Source: Dictyostelium discoideum (taxonomy: Eukaryota). From it: a stretch of 64,000 nucleotides of DNA. The position numbers were made by a program, and so were the translations under genes. The notes below the pieces were generated by a model. It was not told where the DNA came from, searched no databases, and saw only the letters and a program-made list of their open reading frames with translations. Where the stretch lies: assembly GCA_000004695.1 (NCBI GenBank), contig CM000151.3, forward strand, positions 7,808,001 to 7,872,000, written 5' to 3'. Each line of letters starts with the position of its first letter. Within the stretch, counting starts at the first letter, position 1. Shown here one piece after another: positions 15,359 to 31,489 of the stretch.

Positions 15359-15708
15359 CTTTTATTTTTTTATTTTTATAATTTGAAACTAAAAGATAAA
15401 TTAAAATAATTTAAAAAAAAAAAATTTGTCAAAACTAATGTTTTTTTTTTTTTTTTTTCATAAAATTTTAAAAAAAAAAAAATAAAAAAAAAAAATAAAA
15501 AAAATTTAAAGTGGGAAAATTATATGAAAATAAAATATTTTAAAATATTTTAAATCGATCCAAAAATAAACGAAATAAAATTATTTTAATAATAATAATA
15601 ATTTCCTTTTTACCAAAATTTTTTTTTTTTTTTTTTTAATATCTAATAAATAAAAAAAAAAATCGGACATATTTATTTATTAATTAATTTAATTTTTTTT
15701 TTTTTTTT

Positions 15709-17646
15709 TTATCTATTTAAAAATGGTTGTGGTGGTAAAAAATGAGAATGTTCAACAGTTGTATTTGTAGTTGATAAAATTTGAACTTGTTGTTTTGGAG
15801 GAAAAGTTTCTAATTGAATTTCACCTATCCATTCTTTCATTTTGAAAAGGAATTCATTTTTAATGATTCTTATTCTTTTACCATCCTGCCAACTTGCAAT
15901 GATACTACCACCATAACGAACTGTTATATGATTTGTACCAGTGATAGCAGAAAAAGCCAAATAGATATCTGGACGCCATTTATCAGGTTGAGCTTTAACC
16001 CATTTATCCAATTTTGATTCCAAAAAGTATAATTTCTCAACTGGAGTATTAAAATTAACCGTTACATCAACGCCAACACTTGCCTCTTCAGAACGTTGAT
16101 GATTTTCAATTCTCGCCATTACCAATGTCGAATTTGGTAAATAGACAGCTTTACCATCCAAACTCTTGAATGAGGTGAAAACAATGCCAATCCTATCAAC
16201 GAATAAACCTTCCAATTGGTTGATTACCACCTTGTCACCCACTTCGAATGGTCTAACAAAGAATATTAAAATCAATGATTCAAATACGTTTCTCAATGTC
16301 GTACCAAATGCAAATGATAATGCCAATATCGTAGTTGATAGTGGTACGAGGAAAACACTGACCTCCACACCATACAATGTCATAACGAAAAGAAACATTA
16401 GTATCCAAAATATGAAATTCACAATCTCATTAATCACTCTACCAATATCCTCGTGATCCCTAAGACGATACTCCAAGGTTTTTCTTGACCTCACCACCCT
16501 GAGTATCCAATTGGTCAAGTCGTCCTTCTTTATAATATCGCCATGAATGCTGCCAATGGTATTGAACGCTTTGTCCAAATGCTTATCCTTTACATACCCA
16601 CTAAGGTCACTCTTCACCAAATAGCCCTTATGATCCCTATCTGCAAATTTCAACATTTGTTTTGCTATTGTCTTTGCTTGATCTTGAGTGAACTGATCAG
16701 CTTTTGAATTTAGTTTACCACTTAGTTGATTATTTATTTTCAATGATTCAATCCATTGACTAATTCCCATCTTTTTACGTTTCTTTAAACTTGCAGACAC
16801 CGACTGTGACAATGCCGATGGTTTTCTTGTTGACAACTGTTCCAATAGCTCCTCATTTAACAAGGACTGTTTCAAAGAGGTGTAAAATGCTTTTCTATTT
16901 GTTCTAGCGGCTAATATCTTCACCAGTATCACTCTACCACAATAGAGCAAACTTACATACATCACTGCACGTAATGCAGTGAAAAACTTACTCATTGAGT
17001 CCTTTGTCCAATCTGGTAATTGCAATACTGGATCTGTTGCAAAATAAACTATAACCGCCCAAATCAAACAACTCAATGGTCGTATGAACCCATTCACATA
17101 GTAGAATACATGTTGTTGTAAATACATTGTACTTGAAAAAATGGAAAAGAATCCACGAACTAACCAATACACTATTAAAAATGACATAACTCCAATATCA
17201 ATAAACAATGCCCATCTAAGTATTTGTGTCTCCAATATCAATATATCTGGCCAAAATATCCTAAATATTACACCCACCGCTCCAACCAACAATAACATAA
17301 ATAAAATTGATATTATAAAATATTTCCTATTTAAAAATCTCTTTTTAAATGATTTTTTCTTCTTTTTTTTCATTTTCTCTTCATCTTCACCTTCATTTTC
17401 AGGATCTGAATCATAATCTCCTTCAAAACTATCCTTATTCATATCATTTAATGTTACAACTTGAAATGGTAATTCTTGTGCTTGTCCTAATGGTGGATGA
17501 CTCTTTTCACTACCAATCACTAAATCATTACTACTATTACTATTATCTGCTCCACCTAATTTATTTAATTCTGTTGGATATGAACTAACTGTATTAAAAT
17601 TATTATTATTATTTGGTGATTTTGAAAATACTGATTCATTAAATTG

Positions 17647-17695
<49 letters not shown>

Positions 17696-18005
17696 GGATT
17701 ATTATTACTACCATTACTATTACTATTATGATGACCACCACCACCACCACCACCACCACTATTATTATTATTTATAATATTTATATTTATTGGTGGGGAA
17801 GATGAAGATGGAGATATTGAATCATGTGGTGATTTTGATATTGATGGTGCAGAACTTGTTAAATTATTATCTCTATTTACAACTTTGGATATTGCTTCTT
17901 TCTCTTCCCTTGGTGATATTAATGTTACACTTTCATTAATTCTAATTCTTGGACTCTTTATTATTCCACTAGATTTTCTTGGTGATTCTTCATTATCTGA
18001 ATTAC

Positions 18006-18102
<97 letters not shown>

Positions 18103-18321
18103 GTTATTACTTAAATTTGTACTATTTCTTTTTTTAATTTGTTTTGACATTCCTGTACTTTCTTTAGTTTTTTTTGTTGAAACTAAATATTCTTTACTAT
18201 CATTTAAATCATAAAAATTATTATTACTATTATTTGTATCACTTTGGATACTATCCGTTGACTTAAAATTATTATTATTATTAATATTATTATTATTGTT
18301 ATTGTTATTGTTGTTGCTCAT
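15709..18321 (-). CDS. MscS-like (MSL/Msy-type) mechanosensitive channel, 870 aa, single exon, with a degenerate EF-hand-like loop and a poly-Asn N-terminus
   Basis: Multi-TM core followed by the MscS beta-domain signature ...LVPLSTTILALSFAFGTTLRNVFESLILIFFVRPFEVGDKVVINQLEGLFVDRIGIVFTSFKSLDGKAVYLPNSTLVMARIENHQRS.... Upstream is DRDHKGYLVKSDLSGYV, EF-hand-like as in fungal and plant MscS-like proteins. Confidence 0.8.
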
Positions 18322-19354
18322 TTGAAATGAGGTTTTTCTATTGGACTTTTTTTTTTTTTTTTTTCTATTTAGAAATTATTAATTATTTTTTTATTTATTT
18401 TTTATTTTTATTTTTATTTTTATTATTTTTTTTTTTTATTTTTATTTTTTTTTTTCCAATTTTGCGATATATTTATAATAAAAAAAAAAAAATAAATAAA
18501 AAAATATGTGTGTGTGTGTGTGTGATTATAATAATGCTGGAGAAAGAGATTTTATATCAAATTACAAACTAAATTTAAATTGGGGTTCAAGTAACAACTT
18601 TTTTTTTTTTTTTTTTTTTTTTTTATTTATTTTTAATTTTTTTTTTTTACTTTTATTTATTTTTAATTTTTTTTTTTTTAAATTTAACTAATCGCGCCAT
18701 TCAGGTAATCGATTTTTTTTTTTTTTCAATTTTCAAATAAAGTAAAAAAAAAAAAAATAAAATAAAATTATTTAAAAAAATTAAAATAATATAATAATTA
18801 AAAGGATTCCAAGATAATTTATCAAAACTATGGTTTATATGTTCAAAAAGAGAAATCCAAATGAAAATTTAAATAATTTTTGCTTTTTATTTGTTGGTTT
18901 TTAAAATTTTTTGTTTTACAATAATTCTCATTGTTGTCATCATTAATCACTATAACCCAAATTTTAATATAATTTCTTCCTTTTTTTATTTTAAATTTTT
19001 TTTTTTTATAATTCATAATTTTTTTATAAATAATTTAACCTTTATCTTTTTTTTTTTTTTTTTTTTTTTTAATTATTAACAATTTAAAAAACGACTTGAT
19101 AATATTTAAAGCACTAAAAAACAACTTTGGAATTTCAATACTCTGGCACAAAATAAAAAGAAGTATAAAATTTTTCTTACAATTTTCATAACAAAAAAAA
19201 GTGTTTGGTAAGGAAACAAACTTGGAAAAAATAAAAAAAATAAAAAAAAAGGTCAGAAGCAGATAATAAATTAATATTATTAGAAGGAAGAGAAGTTTCG
19301 TTTAAATCAAAAAAAAAAAAAAAAAAAAATCAAAAAAAAAAAAAAAAAAAAAAA

Positions 19355-19389
<35 letters not shown>

Positions 19390-19594
19390 AACATGTTTAA
19401 TAATAAATAATATTTTTTATCAATAAAATTTTTTATTTTTTTTTATTTATTTATTCTTTTCTGTTTATTATTTTATTTTATTTTTTTTTATTTTTAAAAA
19501 AAAAAAAAAAAAGAAAAAAAGAAAAAAAAAAAAAAATTAAGATGTATGTTGGAAAATTGAATTTGAATTTGGAATCATGGAGGAGGACTATTAT

Positions 19595-23164
<3,570 letters not shown>

Positions 23165-23813
23165 GTTTTTTTTATATTTATTTAATTTTTTATTTAAAAA
23201 AGAGTTTAATCTTTATTTTTTATTTTTTTATTTTTTTATTTTTTTATTTATATAAAAAAAGAAAAAAAAAAATTAAAAAATTAAAAACCAAAGGTTTTAT
23301 AAAATTACTTTTTTTTTTTTTTTTTTCTAATTGTTTAATTATTATTTTTATTATTATTAATTGTTATTTATTATTTTTTATTTTTTATTATTATAAAATT
23401 ATTATTGATTATGGTTTTTGGTTATTTATTTTTTTTTATTTTTTTTTTTCAAACAAAAATATTTTTTTTTATGTATAAATATTTATTTGTGATGGTTGTA
23501 TTACACCTTATATATTTGTTGAATGATAAAAAAAACAAACAAAGAAAAGTCACTTTTAATTCAAATATTTTTGAAAAAAAAAGAGAAAAAAAAAACAAAA
23601 ACCTTTTTGTGAGGTAAAATTTATTAAAATTAAAAAATATTGGTGAAAAAAAAAAAAAATAATAAAATTTTGAGAGGTGTAATTGTTATTATTATTATTA
23701 TTATTATTATATTAAAATATGAGTATTTGGGTGTGAAAGTGTGGTTATTTTTATTTTGGGGTGGGAAATAGGCCTATTTGAGATCAAAAAAAAAAAAATT
23801 TTGGTTTTTTTTT

Positions 23814-23847
<34 letters not shown>

Positions 23848-24049
23848 GAATAAAAAAATTAATAATTTAAATGTGAAATTTAATAACTAAAAATTTAACT
23901 AAACCGAATAAATTATAAATAGATAATAAATAAATAAATGGGTAAATAAATAAATATGGCTTTTAGTCTAAAAGAAGAAAAAAAAAATAAAAATAAATTG
24001 AAATTAAAAATAGAATAAAATAAAATATAAAATAAAAATTAGTTTTGGA

Positions 24050-24083
<34 letters not shown>

Positions 24084-24278
24084 AGAAAAAAAAAAAAAAA
24101 AAAAAAAAAATAAAAAAAAAAAAAAAATAAAAAAAAAAATTTTCTTTGAACATACCTGGTTGGTTTATTGATAATTTTTTTATTTTTATTTTATTATTAT
24201 TTTTTTTTTTTTTTTTTATATATGGTGCTTAAATGCAAATTTTTTTTATGATTTAATGAATTTTAATATTTTTAAAAG

Positions 24279-24313
<35 letters not shown>

Positions 24314-24397
24314 ACAAATTTAAAACAACAGTATTTTTTTTATTGATGTGCCTGTGTGAAATTGATTAGAGTTTTTTTTGATGTTTTTTTATGTTCT

Positions 24398-24445
<48 letters not shown>

Positions 24446-25017
24446 AAAAAAAAAGAAAAAAAAAAAAAAAAAAGAAAAAAATTCACTTGATATCAGGAAA
24501 ATTACCTACGAACTTTTTTTTTTTTCATTTTTTTAATTTAATTTTTTTTTTTTTTTTTTTTTTTTTTTTGTAAAAAGTAAAAAATATCTTTTTTTTTTTT
24601 TTTATTTTATTTTATTTTTATTTTAATCATTTTTAATCATTTTTTAATCATTTTTTTTTTTTTTGAAAAAAAAGGAAATTTTTTATTTTTTATTTTTTTT
24701 ATTTTATTTTAATTTTTTTTTTTCCCACAGATTTTCCAATCGTTTTGTGTGGAAAAAAAAATCAAAAAATTTTTTTTTTTTTTCCTATCCATTTTTATTA
24801 ACTATTCAATTAAAAAACAGGATAACCTACAAAATTAATTCGTCAACCCAACCCAAAGCCAAACACTCCCACATTACAAGATGAACTTCATTTTTATCAT
24901 TTGTTTGGTATGACTAAAAAAAAAAAAATAAAAAAATAAAAAAATAAAAAATAAAAAAATAAAAAAAAAAAATAAAAAAAAAAATGAAAAACCCAAACCT
25001 TTCCGTGTTTGGGCCAA

Positions 25018-25074
<57 letters not shown>

Positions 25075-25224
25075 AAACTAAGGATAACCTAAGAAACATT
25101 TTTTTTTATTTTAAATTTTTTTTTATTTTTATTTTTATTTTTGTGTTATTATTTTCTGACACATTTGATCTTTTCTTTTTCTTTTTTTTTTTTTTCTTTT
25201 TTTTTTTTATTTTTTATTTATTTT

Positions 25225-25558
25225 TTATCTGTCATATTTATCTTCTGTGCTTTCTTCACCACTAATTAATGAGAATAATTTCCATTCACCATTCATATTA
25301 CATTTCCAAAGACAAACATTACCATCATCACCGGATGAAGCCAAGATTGTACCAGTGATATTCCATTCAACACGCCAGACTTCGGATTTATGATCATCCT
25401 TACGCATTACCTCTTTTAATTCCATCTTTGATTTATCACTACTGAGTTTCCATATTCTAACTTTATGATCTTTTGATGCTGTTGCAATTAAATGATAAGA
25501 TCTAATTTAAAAACAAAAAAAAAAAATAATAAAAAAGAAATAAAGTTAGAATGAATAG

Positions 25559-25589
<31 letters not shown>

Positions 25590-26846
25590 ATTATGTGTGT
25601 ACAAACCTTCCCATATTTGGGGCCCAACAAACATCATGTATAGCTCTACTACCACCATCAGAAGAAGAATCGAAATTATTATTAGAGTAGATACTATTAT
25701 TACCACTTGAAACATTGATGCTACTATTAGCACCACTCATTAAACTGTTGCTATTGAGACCACCACTATTGCCACTGATATTATTTAAACTACCAATGTT
25801 ACCATTACCTATACTATTACCTTGAGCACTATTTAAACCATTATTTAATGAACCACCAACACCACTACCAACACCACCACCAACACCACTACCAACACCA
25901 ACAGAGATATTATTGATATTGCTATTGTTAATATTATTTCCAATACCACTACCTAAATTACCCATACTACTATTATTTACACCACTGACACCACCAATAC
26001 TACCGCCAGCACCACCGATACCACCACCAATACCACCACCGATACCACTACCAATACCACCACCAATACCACCACCACTATTTAAATTACTACTTGAAAT
26101 GGTTGAACCAATTGGATATGCAGTTAATGTATCTATTTGAAGCCATTTTCTAGCAGTTTCACTATACTCCCAAATCTTTATATATGGTTCATTTGAACCA
26201 ACTGCAATCATTGGTTTATCATATGAACTTGGATTCCAAGAGATACAATTGCTAGTACCTTTTTGTGATTCAAATTCTTCAACGATTGTCCATTGTGATA
26301 AATTCATTATATCCATAGCTTCATAGATTCTAATATATCCATCTGATGAACATGTTGCTAATCTTAATCCAAATGATTTTGGTGCAAATTTAATATCTGT
26401 AACTGAATCTCTACTATCAACAAGATGGGCTTTCAATTGCCATTTTTTTTGACCTTTTTCATCTATAAATAAAATATTTACAAAATTAAAAAATAATTAA
26501 AAAATAAAAAATAAAAAAAAAAATGTTAGTTTTGTGTGTGTGTGGGTGGGTTTATTTATTTATTTATTTATTTACCTTCACTTTCTTCCCAAATACAAAC
26601 TGTTCTATCAAATGAACATGATGCAATTACTTGACCATATTCAGGATGTGCCCATGCTAATTTCCAAACGGAACCTGAATGTGCTTTCCATTCTGCTGAT
26701 AATTCCCATTTTTGATTGTCATTTTGATCCCAAACTTTAATCTTTTGATCTGATGAGCATGTTGCTAATCTTTTACCATAAAAATCATAACTAACATCAT
26801 GTATTAAATCATCATGTGCTGTTGAAAGTCTATGAAATACTCTCAT
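25225..26846 (-). CDS. Seh1 (Sec13-like WD40 nucleoporin / GATOR2 subunit) homolog with a Gly-rich inserted loop. Three exons at 26846..26576, 26462..25607 and 25501..25225.
   Basis: Exon 1 reads MRVFHRLSTAHDDLIHDVSYDFYGKRLATCSSDQKIKVWDQNDNQKWELSAEWKAHSGSVWKLAWAHPEYGQVIASCSFDRTVCIWEESE. It tracks metazoan SEH1 closely. The exon 1 donor is GTAAAT. Exon 2 reads DEKGQKKWQLKAHLVDSRDSVTDIKFAPKSFGLRLATCSSDGYIRIYEAMDIMNLSQW... with a (GGGIG)n insertion ...AIHDVCWAPNMG(R). The exon 2 donor is GTTTGT. Exon 3 reads SYHLIATASKDHKVRIWKL...WRVEWNITGTILASSGDDGNVCLWKCNMNGEWKLFSLISGEESTEDKYDR*. Phases 1/2 are consistent. The protein is 467 aa. Confidence 0.8.
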
Positions 26847-26923
26847 TTATCTATATATGGTTTTTTTTTTTTTTTTTGACTTTTTTTTGATTACTTTTAC
26901 AAAAAAATAAAAAAAAAAATATT

Positions 26924-26962
<39 letters not shown>

Positions 26963-27293
26963 CTTGATATATATTTATATTATATATATATGTCTATAAA
27001 TATATAATAGTAAATATTAAATATCTATGGTAATTAATTGGTAATAAAAATTTCCTTTTTTTTTTTTTTTTTATTTTTTTAATTTTATTTTTATTTTTTA
27101 ATTTTTTTTTTTTTTTTTTTTTAAAAAAATTGAAAAAAAATAAAAAAAAAATAAAAAAAAAAAAACTTTTAGTGGAGTCGACTTTTTTTTTTTTTTTATT
27201 TTTTTTTTGTTTTTCAATGTTTTTTTTTTTTTTTTTTTTAATTTTTGTTTTAATACCTTCATTTTACCATTTCCAACATAAATTTTTTAAAAA

Positions 27294-27704
27294 ATGTTTA
27301 AAAACATTTTAAAATCAAATTCATTATTAAGACAATATTCAATTGTTAAAAACAATAGATCATTTTCAAATTTATCAAATGGTTCATCATCAAATAGTTT
27401 TTCAAATTTAATTAATAAACAATATAGATTCAATTTAGATGGTTCACTAAAATCAATCAATACATTAAACATTAAAAACATTTTATCAAATGAAACTGAA
27501 ATTAAACCAATACTTTTAATTAAAGATTTAAACTTAAATGAAATCAATAATAATAATAATAATAATATTAATAAAAAACAAGAACAAGAAGCATTAGAAG
27601 TATCATCAGTTGTCATCAAAAGAAGAAAAATGATGAGTAAACATAAACAAAGAAAATTAAGAAAGAGAACTAGAGCTTTAAAGAAGAGACTTGGAAAGAT
27701 TTAA
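27294..27704 (+). CDS. Mitochondrial ribosomal protein mS38 / AURKAIP1 / Cox24-like (DUF1713 C-terminal motif), 136 aa
   Basis: N-terminus is presequence-like (MFKNILKSNSLLRQYSIVKNNRSF...). The C-terminus VIKRRKMMSKHKQRKLRKRTRALKKRLGKI matches the conserved basic KRRxKMxKHKxxKRxKRxRxLxxRLGK tail of the mS38 family. It is transcribed divergently from the seh1 gene. Confidence 0.6.
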   Translation: MFKNILKSNSLLRQYSIVKNNRSFSNLSNGSSSNSFSNLINKQYRFNLDGSLKSINTLNIKNILSNETEIKPILLIKDLNLNEINNNNNNNINKKQEQEALEVSSVVIKRRKMMSKHKQRKLRKRTRALKKRLGKI

Positions 27705-28021
27705 ATTCTTTAAAAAATATATATTAAATAAATTAACAAAAAAAAAAAAATAAAAAATAAAAAATTAAAAATAAAAAAAATAAAAAAAAAAAAACTACAA
27801 TTAAACTATATGTAGAGATACCTATATTGTAAAAAAAATTTTTTTTTTAAAATAAAATAATAAATTATAGCCATAATTTTGTACTTTTTTTTTTTTTATT
27901 TAAATTTAAATTTAAAATAAAGATTAAATTATTACTTTATTTTTATTTTTTTTTTTATTTTTTTATTTTTTTATTTTTTTTTAAAAAAAAACAAAAAAAG
28001 TAATAAATAATAATTATTTAT

Positions 28022-28432
28022 TTAATTATTTATTTTTATTGATAATGCAGGTTGATATTTAATATATACATTAAAATCTGTACATCCTTTTGGACAAGAA
28101 GCGAAACATGTATTTATTTTAACATGTTGTCTTTCAATGTGACCATTAGAACAAAGGTAATCATCTGAATTGAAAACTGAAAAATAGAAACTTTCACCAT
28201 TTGCAGTTGTATTTATTATTGTTGGGTAATCATTTATAAATGCACAATAATTATCATCGACTACAGTTTCACCAGTTTTTGAATTACAACCTTTTCCACC
28301 ATATTGTTCAACATAAATGAAATCTAGGATATATTCTGAACTTGAACTTTCTTCTGTTTTTGAAATATTTATAAGAAAAATAATTGATAGTAAAATTATT
28401 GATAATAATTTCTTAAAGATATAAAGTTTCAT
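28022..28432 (-). CDS. Small secreted Cys-rich protein, 136 aa, with a signal peptide and 8 Cys; no recognisable family
   Basis: MKLYIFKKLLSIILLSIIFLINISKTEE is a hydrophobic signal peptide. The mature part reads ...GGKGCNSKTGETVVDDNYCAFINDY...YLCSNGHIERQHVKINTCFASCPKGCTDFNV.... The ATG is at 28432 and it is a single exon. Confidence 0.45.
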   Translation of the reverse strand: MKLYIFKKLLSIILLSIIFLINISKTEESSSSEYILDFIYVEQYGGKGCNSKTGETVVDDNYCAFINDYPTIINTTANGESFYFSVFNSDDYLCSNGHIERQHVKINTCFASCPKGCTDFNVYIKYQPALSIKINN

Positions 28433-29504
28433 TTTATTTTTTGATTTTTTGTTTGATGTTTTTTTTGGAATGATTTTTTTTTTTTTTTGTAAAAAAAAAA
28501 AAAAAGTTTGATTACGTAATCAAAAATAAAATAGTTAAAAAAAAATCTTTTTTTTTTAAAAATATCCAGATTTAATCAATTTCAAAAATTCAAGTTTTTA
28601 GAAGTTTAGATATTTTTTTAAAAAAAAAAATTGTTTGAATTTTGAAATTACTTTAGCCATAGTTTTAAATTATTTATTAAAATAAAAAAAAAAATAAATG
28701 AAAAAAATGATTATTTTTAATAATAACTAACTTATTGTTAAAAACTAAAATAATGATATATTTCAACAGAAATATTATAATTATTATTTAAAATAATTTT
28801 TTTGGAATTTAATCTATTAACCTCTTTTGTCTCACAATAAATTTTAAATAGTTAAATTCTAAAAATAAAATTTTTGACTAAAAAAAAAAAAAAAAAAACA
28901 GAACTATTGAATTCTTTTTTTTAATTAATTGTTCAAAGAAATTAATATAGAAAGAATTAGAATTATTCTGAGAAATAATTAAAATTAATATTAGAAAACA
29001 AGAATTAAAGAAGCAACACACATAAAACTATCTTATCCATTTAAATAATAAACTTATTGTATTATTTTACCCATTGATAAATTTTCTACATTTATTTAAG
29101 AATAATAATATAACATAATTAAATTATAAATAATATTATACAGCTAACAACAATACTTTCTTTATTATAATTAATATCAACAATAATGCCCACTCCTAAA
29201 TGATTCCTAGAAATGTTTTTTGGTTCATTAGGGTTTAAGAAGTTTAAAAGGTATATATTGAATAATTTCACCAGGTTTATCAGTTCATCAGGTTTGACAG
29301 GTTTATCTGGTTTACCCAAGTTCATTTGATTCAAATTAAATGATAGAGAAAGTAAGGATTTTTCAATATAATAATGGTCAATTGTTTGTTAAATTGTCAG
29401 TGGTTTTGGAGATTATTTATGTCATGGTGCATATATAGATATTTAATGTTTTAATATTTAATTAAAAACTACTTTTATAACTGTTCATATGCTCGTGTAT
29501 TTTC

Positions 29505-29518
29505 GGGAATCGAACCCC
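29505..29518 (-). promoter_or_regulatory. Downstream extra B-box (exB) of tRNA-Arg
   Basis: Minus-strand GGGGTTCGATTCCC lies about 30 nt 3' of the tRNA end. It is B-box-like (GGTTCGAnnCC) but not embedded in a complete tRNA. This matches the extra downstream B-box known for Dictyostelium tRNA genes. Confidence 0.5.
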
Positions 29519-29549
29519 TGGTTTTTATATCGAGGGCATGAAAATTATA

Positions 29550-29623
29550 CGAGACCATCAGGGGTCGAACCTGAGACCTACCGGTTCGTAGCCGGTCGTT
29601 ATATCCAACTAAACTATAGTCCC
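29550..29623 (-). tRNA. tRNA-Arg(ACG): tRNA-Arg (anticodon ACG)
   Basis: Minus strand: GGGACTATAGTTTAGTTGGATATAACGACCGGCTACGAACCGGTAGGTCTCAGGTTCGACCCCTGATGGTCTCG. The acceptor stem is 7 bp with two G-U pairs. The anticodon stem is CCGGC/GCCGG-like (ACCGG/CCGGT) and the loop is CUACGAA with U33-ACG-A37. The T arm is TCAGG-TTCGACC-CCTGA. Discriminator is G. Total 74 nt. Confidence 0.8.
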
Positions 29624-30258
29624 TTTGATGAAAACTAAAGATATATAATAAAAAATATACAAGATTATTGATAAGAAATACAAAAATATATATTAAATCA
29701 TTAACCCCCCTCTTTCAGAGTCCCTGTAATTATATAAAAAATAAATTGAGATCTTTTATCTCAAAAAGAAGTAACACACAACCGTGCTGTCCAATTCAAC
29801 AAAAAAGTATGCAATTATAATCAATGATATCGAAGTAATAAGCTATATATTTAAACATATAAAATTTTCATCCTTGGTAAATACAAATATTGAAATGGTT
29901 ATACTACTGAAAAGAGGTTATCAATAAATGCACTTTCAGTTAAGGCAACAAATAAAATCTATAAAATTGACATTTAAATAGTATTATTATTAATAATTTA
30001 ATTGAAAATATAATTAGTAATATAATTATATTATAATTTAAATTACATTTAACATTAAATGATTATATAATTAATAATTAAATTATTTTTAAAATATAAT
30101 TTAAAACATTAAAATTACAATTAAAATGAATTTCATTTTTAAGAAAATTTAAATCATTTTTAAAGATCATTTATATGTAATTTAATTATAATGGTAATGG
30201 ACATTTTCTTTGTAATGAATGACCAGGATATTACCAAAGGTTTAAATTAGGTAATTAA

Positions 30259-30306
30259 TTTTAGTATAAATTACAAGATAAATATATTTTGTAATTTATA
30301 CTAAAA
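30259..30306. repeat. Perfect 18-bp inverted repeat with a 12-nt spacer
   Basis: ttttagtataaattacaa-gataaatatatt-ttgtaatttatactaaaa. It lies inside the complex non-genic block upstream of tRNA-Arg. Confidence 0.8.
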
Positions 30307-30827
30307 TGTACACTATTTTTTAATTTAACAACAAAGATATTATAAATAAATTTCAGAAGGGTCAATAATCGTATAAAAAGTATTTACAAAATTTTAGAGT
30401 ACCCATGGGATTGGATATACGTGGTTTATTACATCGAGAAATTTTTTCACACTATTAAAATTATAAAAATCATACCTAAATTTCTTTATATATTTTTAAT
30501 TTTGAATTCTTTTCATAATAATTTTTTTTTTTTTTGTTAACACTAACCAATAATTATTGTTTATTAATAAATTGTAAACAATAATATTTAATAAAAGGAA
30601 AAAAAAAAAAAAAAAATTGTTGTTATTTAAATATTAAAAAAGAATAAGAAAAGGAATAATAGTATTATAATATTTTTTTTTTTCTAGAAATTTCTAAACA
30701 ATTATTTATTTGAAGAGGTTTTTTAAAAAAAGAAAAAAATCAGAGCATCCAAATAATAACCGCAGTAAGGGGGGGATGGTTGTTAATATTATTGGTACAA
30801 ATTCATATGAGGAAATGAATTAATTGC

Positions 30828-31444
30828 TTAAGCAGTTGGTTGGAAAGCAATGGTATCTTCACCATCGATGATGTAACCGAAAGAGAAGGATTGACCTGGT
30901 TGGATGACTGGGTACCATTGGAGTGACCAGAGGTTAGTGGCTTCATTGACTGAGAGACCCCAGATTGAGTTTGGACGATTTGGAGAAGAGGTGAAAGTTG
31001 GGTTGGTAACAGTGACTGAACCAGTGTTGGTAATTGTACCACCGAATTGAGAGACAGTTTTACCGTTTTCAAACCATGAGGAGTAACGAGTTTGATCAAT
31101 CTTTAATGGTGAAGTAGTGTTGGTACAGACACATTGTGGTTTAATGTAATAGATTGAAGTTGGTTTGCTACAGTATGAACCGAACCAGGCGTCAGCTTCA
31201 GTACGTAAGACACCACCGATAACTCTTGGTGGGCTAGCTCTTAAACCATAGTAACGACCAAAGATGTATGAGGAATCCATTGGGATGTTTGACATACAGA
31301 TTTTGCAAAGTAAATCACTGTTGAAGGTACCCCAGACAATGGTTTTGAAGTCAGCCCACAAAAGAGCAGCTGAGCACATGGCGCATGGCTCTATAGGAGT
31401 TTGTTAGTTGTTCAATTGATTGATCACATGATCATTCATTATTA

Positions 31445-31489
<45 letters not shown>

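Noticed and set aside
18506-18522. (GT)n dinucleotide run tgtgtgtgtgtgtgtgtg
   Set aside because: It is short (about 9 units), intergenic and unremarkable. I noted it only as a minor microsatellite.
29119-29334. Minus-strand 71-aa ORF with GKPDKPVKPDE repeats
   Set aside because: It is created by a short 9-bp tandem repeat (aggtttatc)n in otherwise non-coding complex DNA. It has no codon bias and no start context, and is more likely a repeat inside a degenerate element.
29495-29549. Possible second (truncated or pseudo) tRNA immediately 3' of tRNA-Arg; similarly after tRNA-Val and tRNA-Leu
   Set aside because: Only a T-arm/B-box-like GGTTCGAnnCC is present. No acceptor, D or anticodon arms can be formed. 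The position and sequence fit the Dictyostelium exB downstream box.
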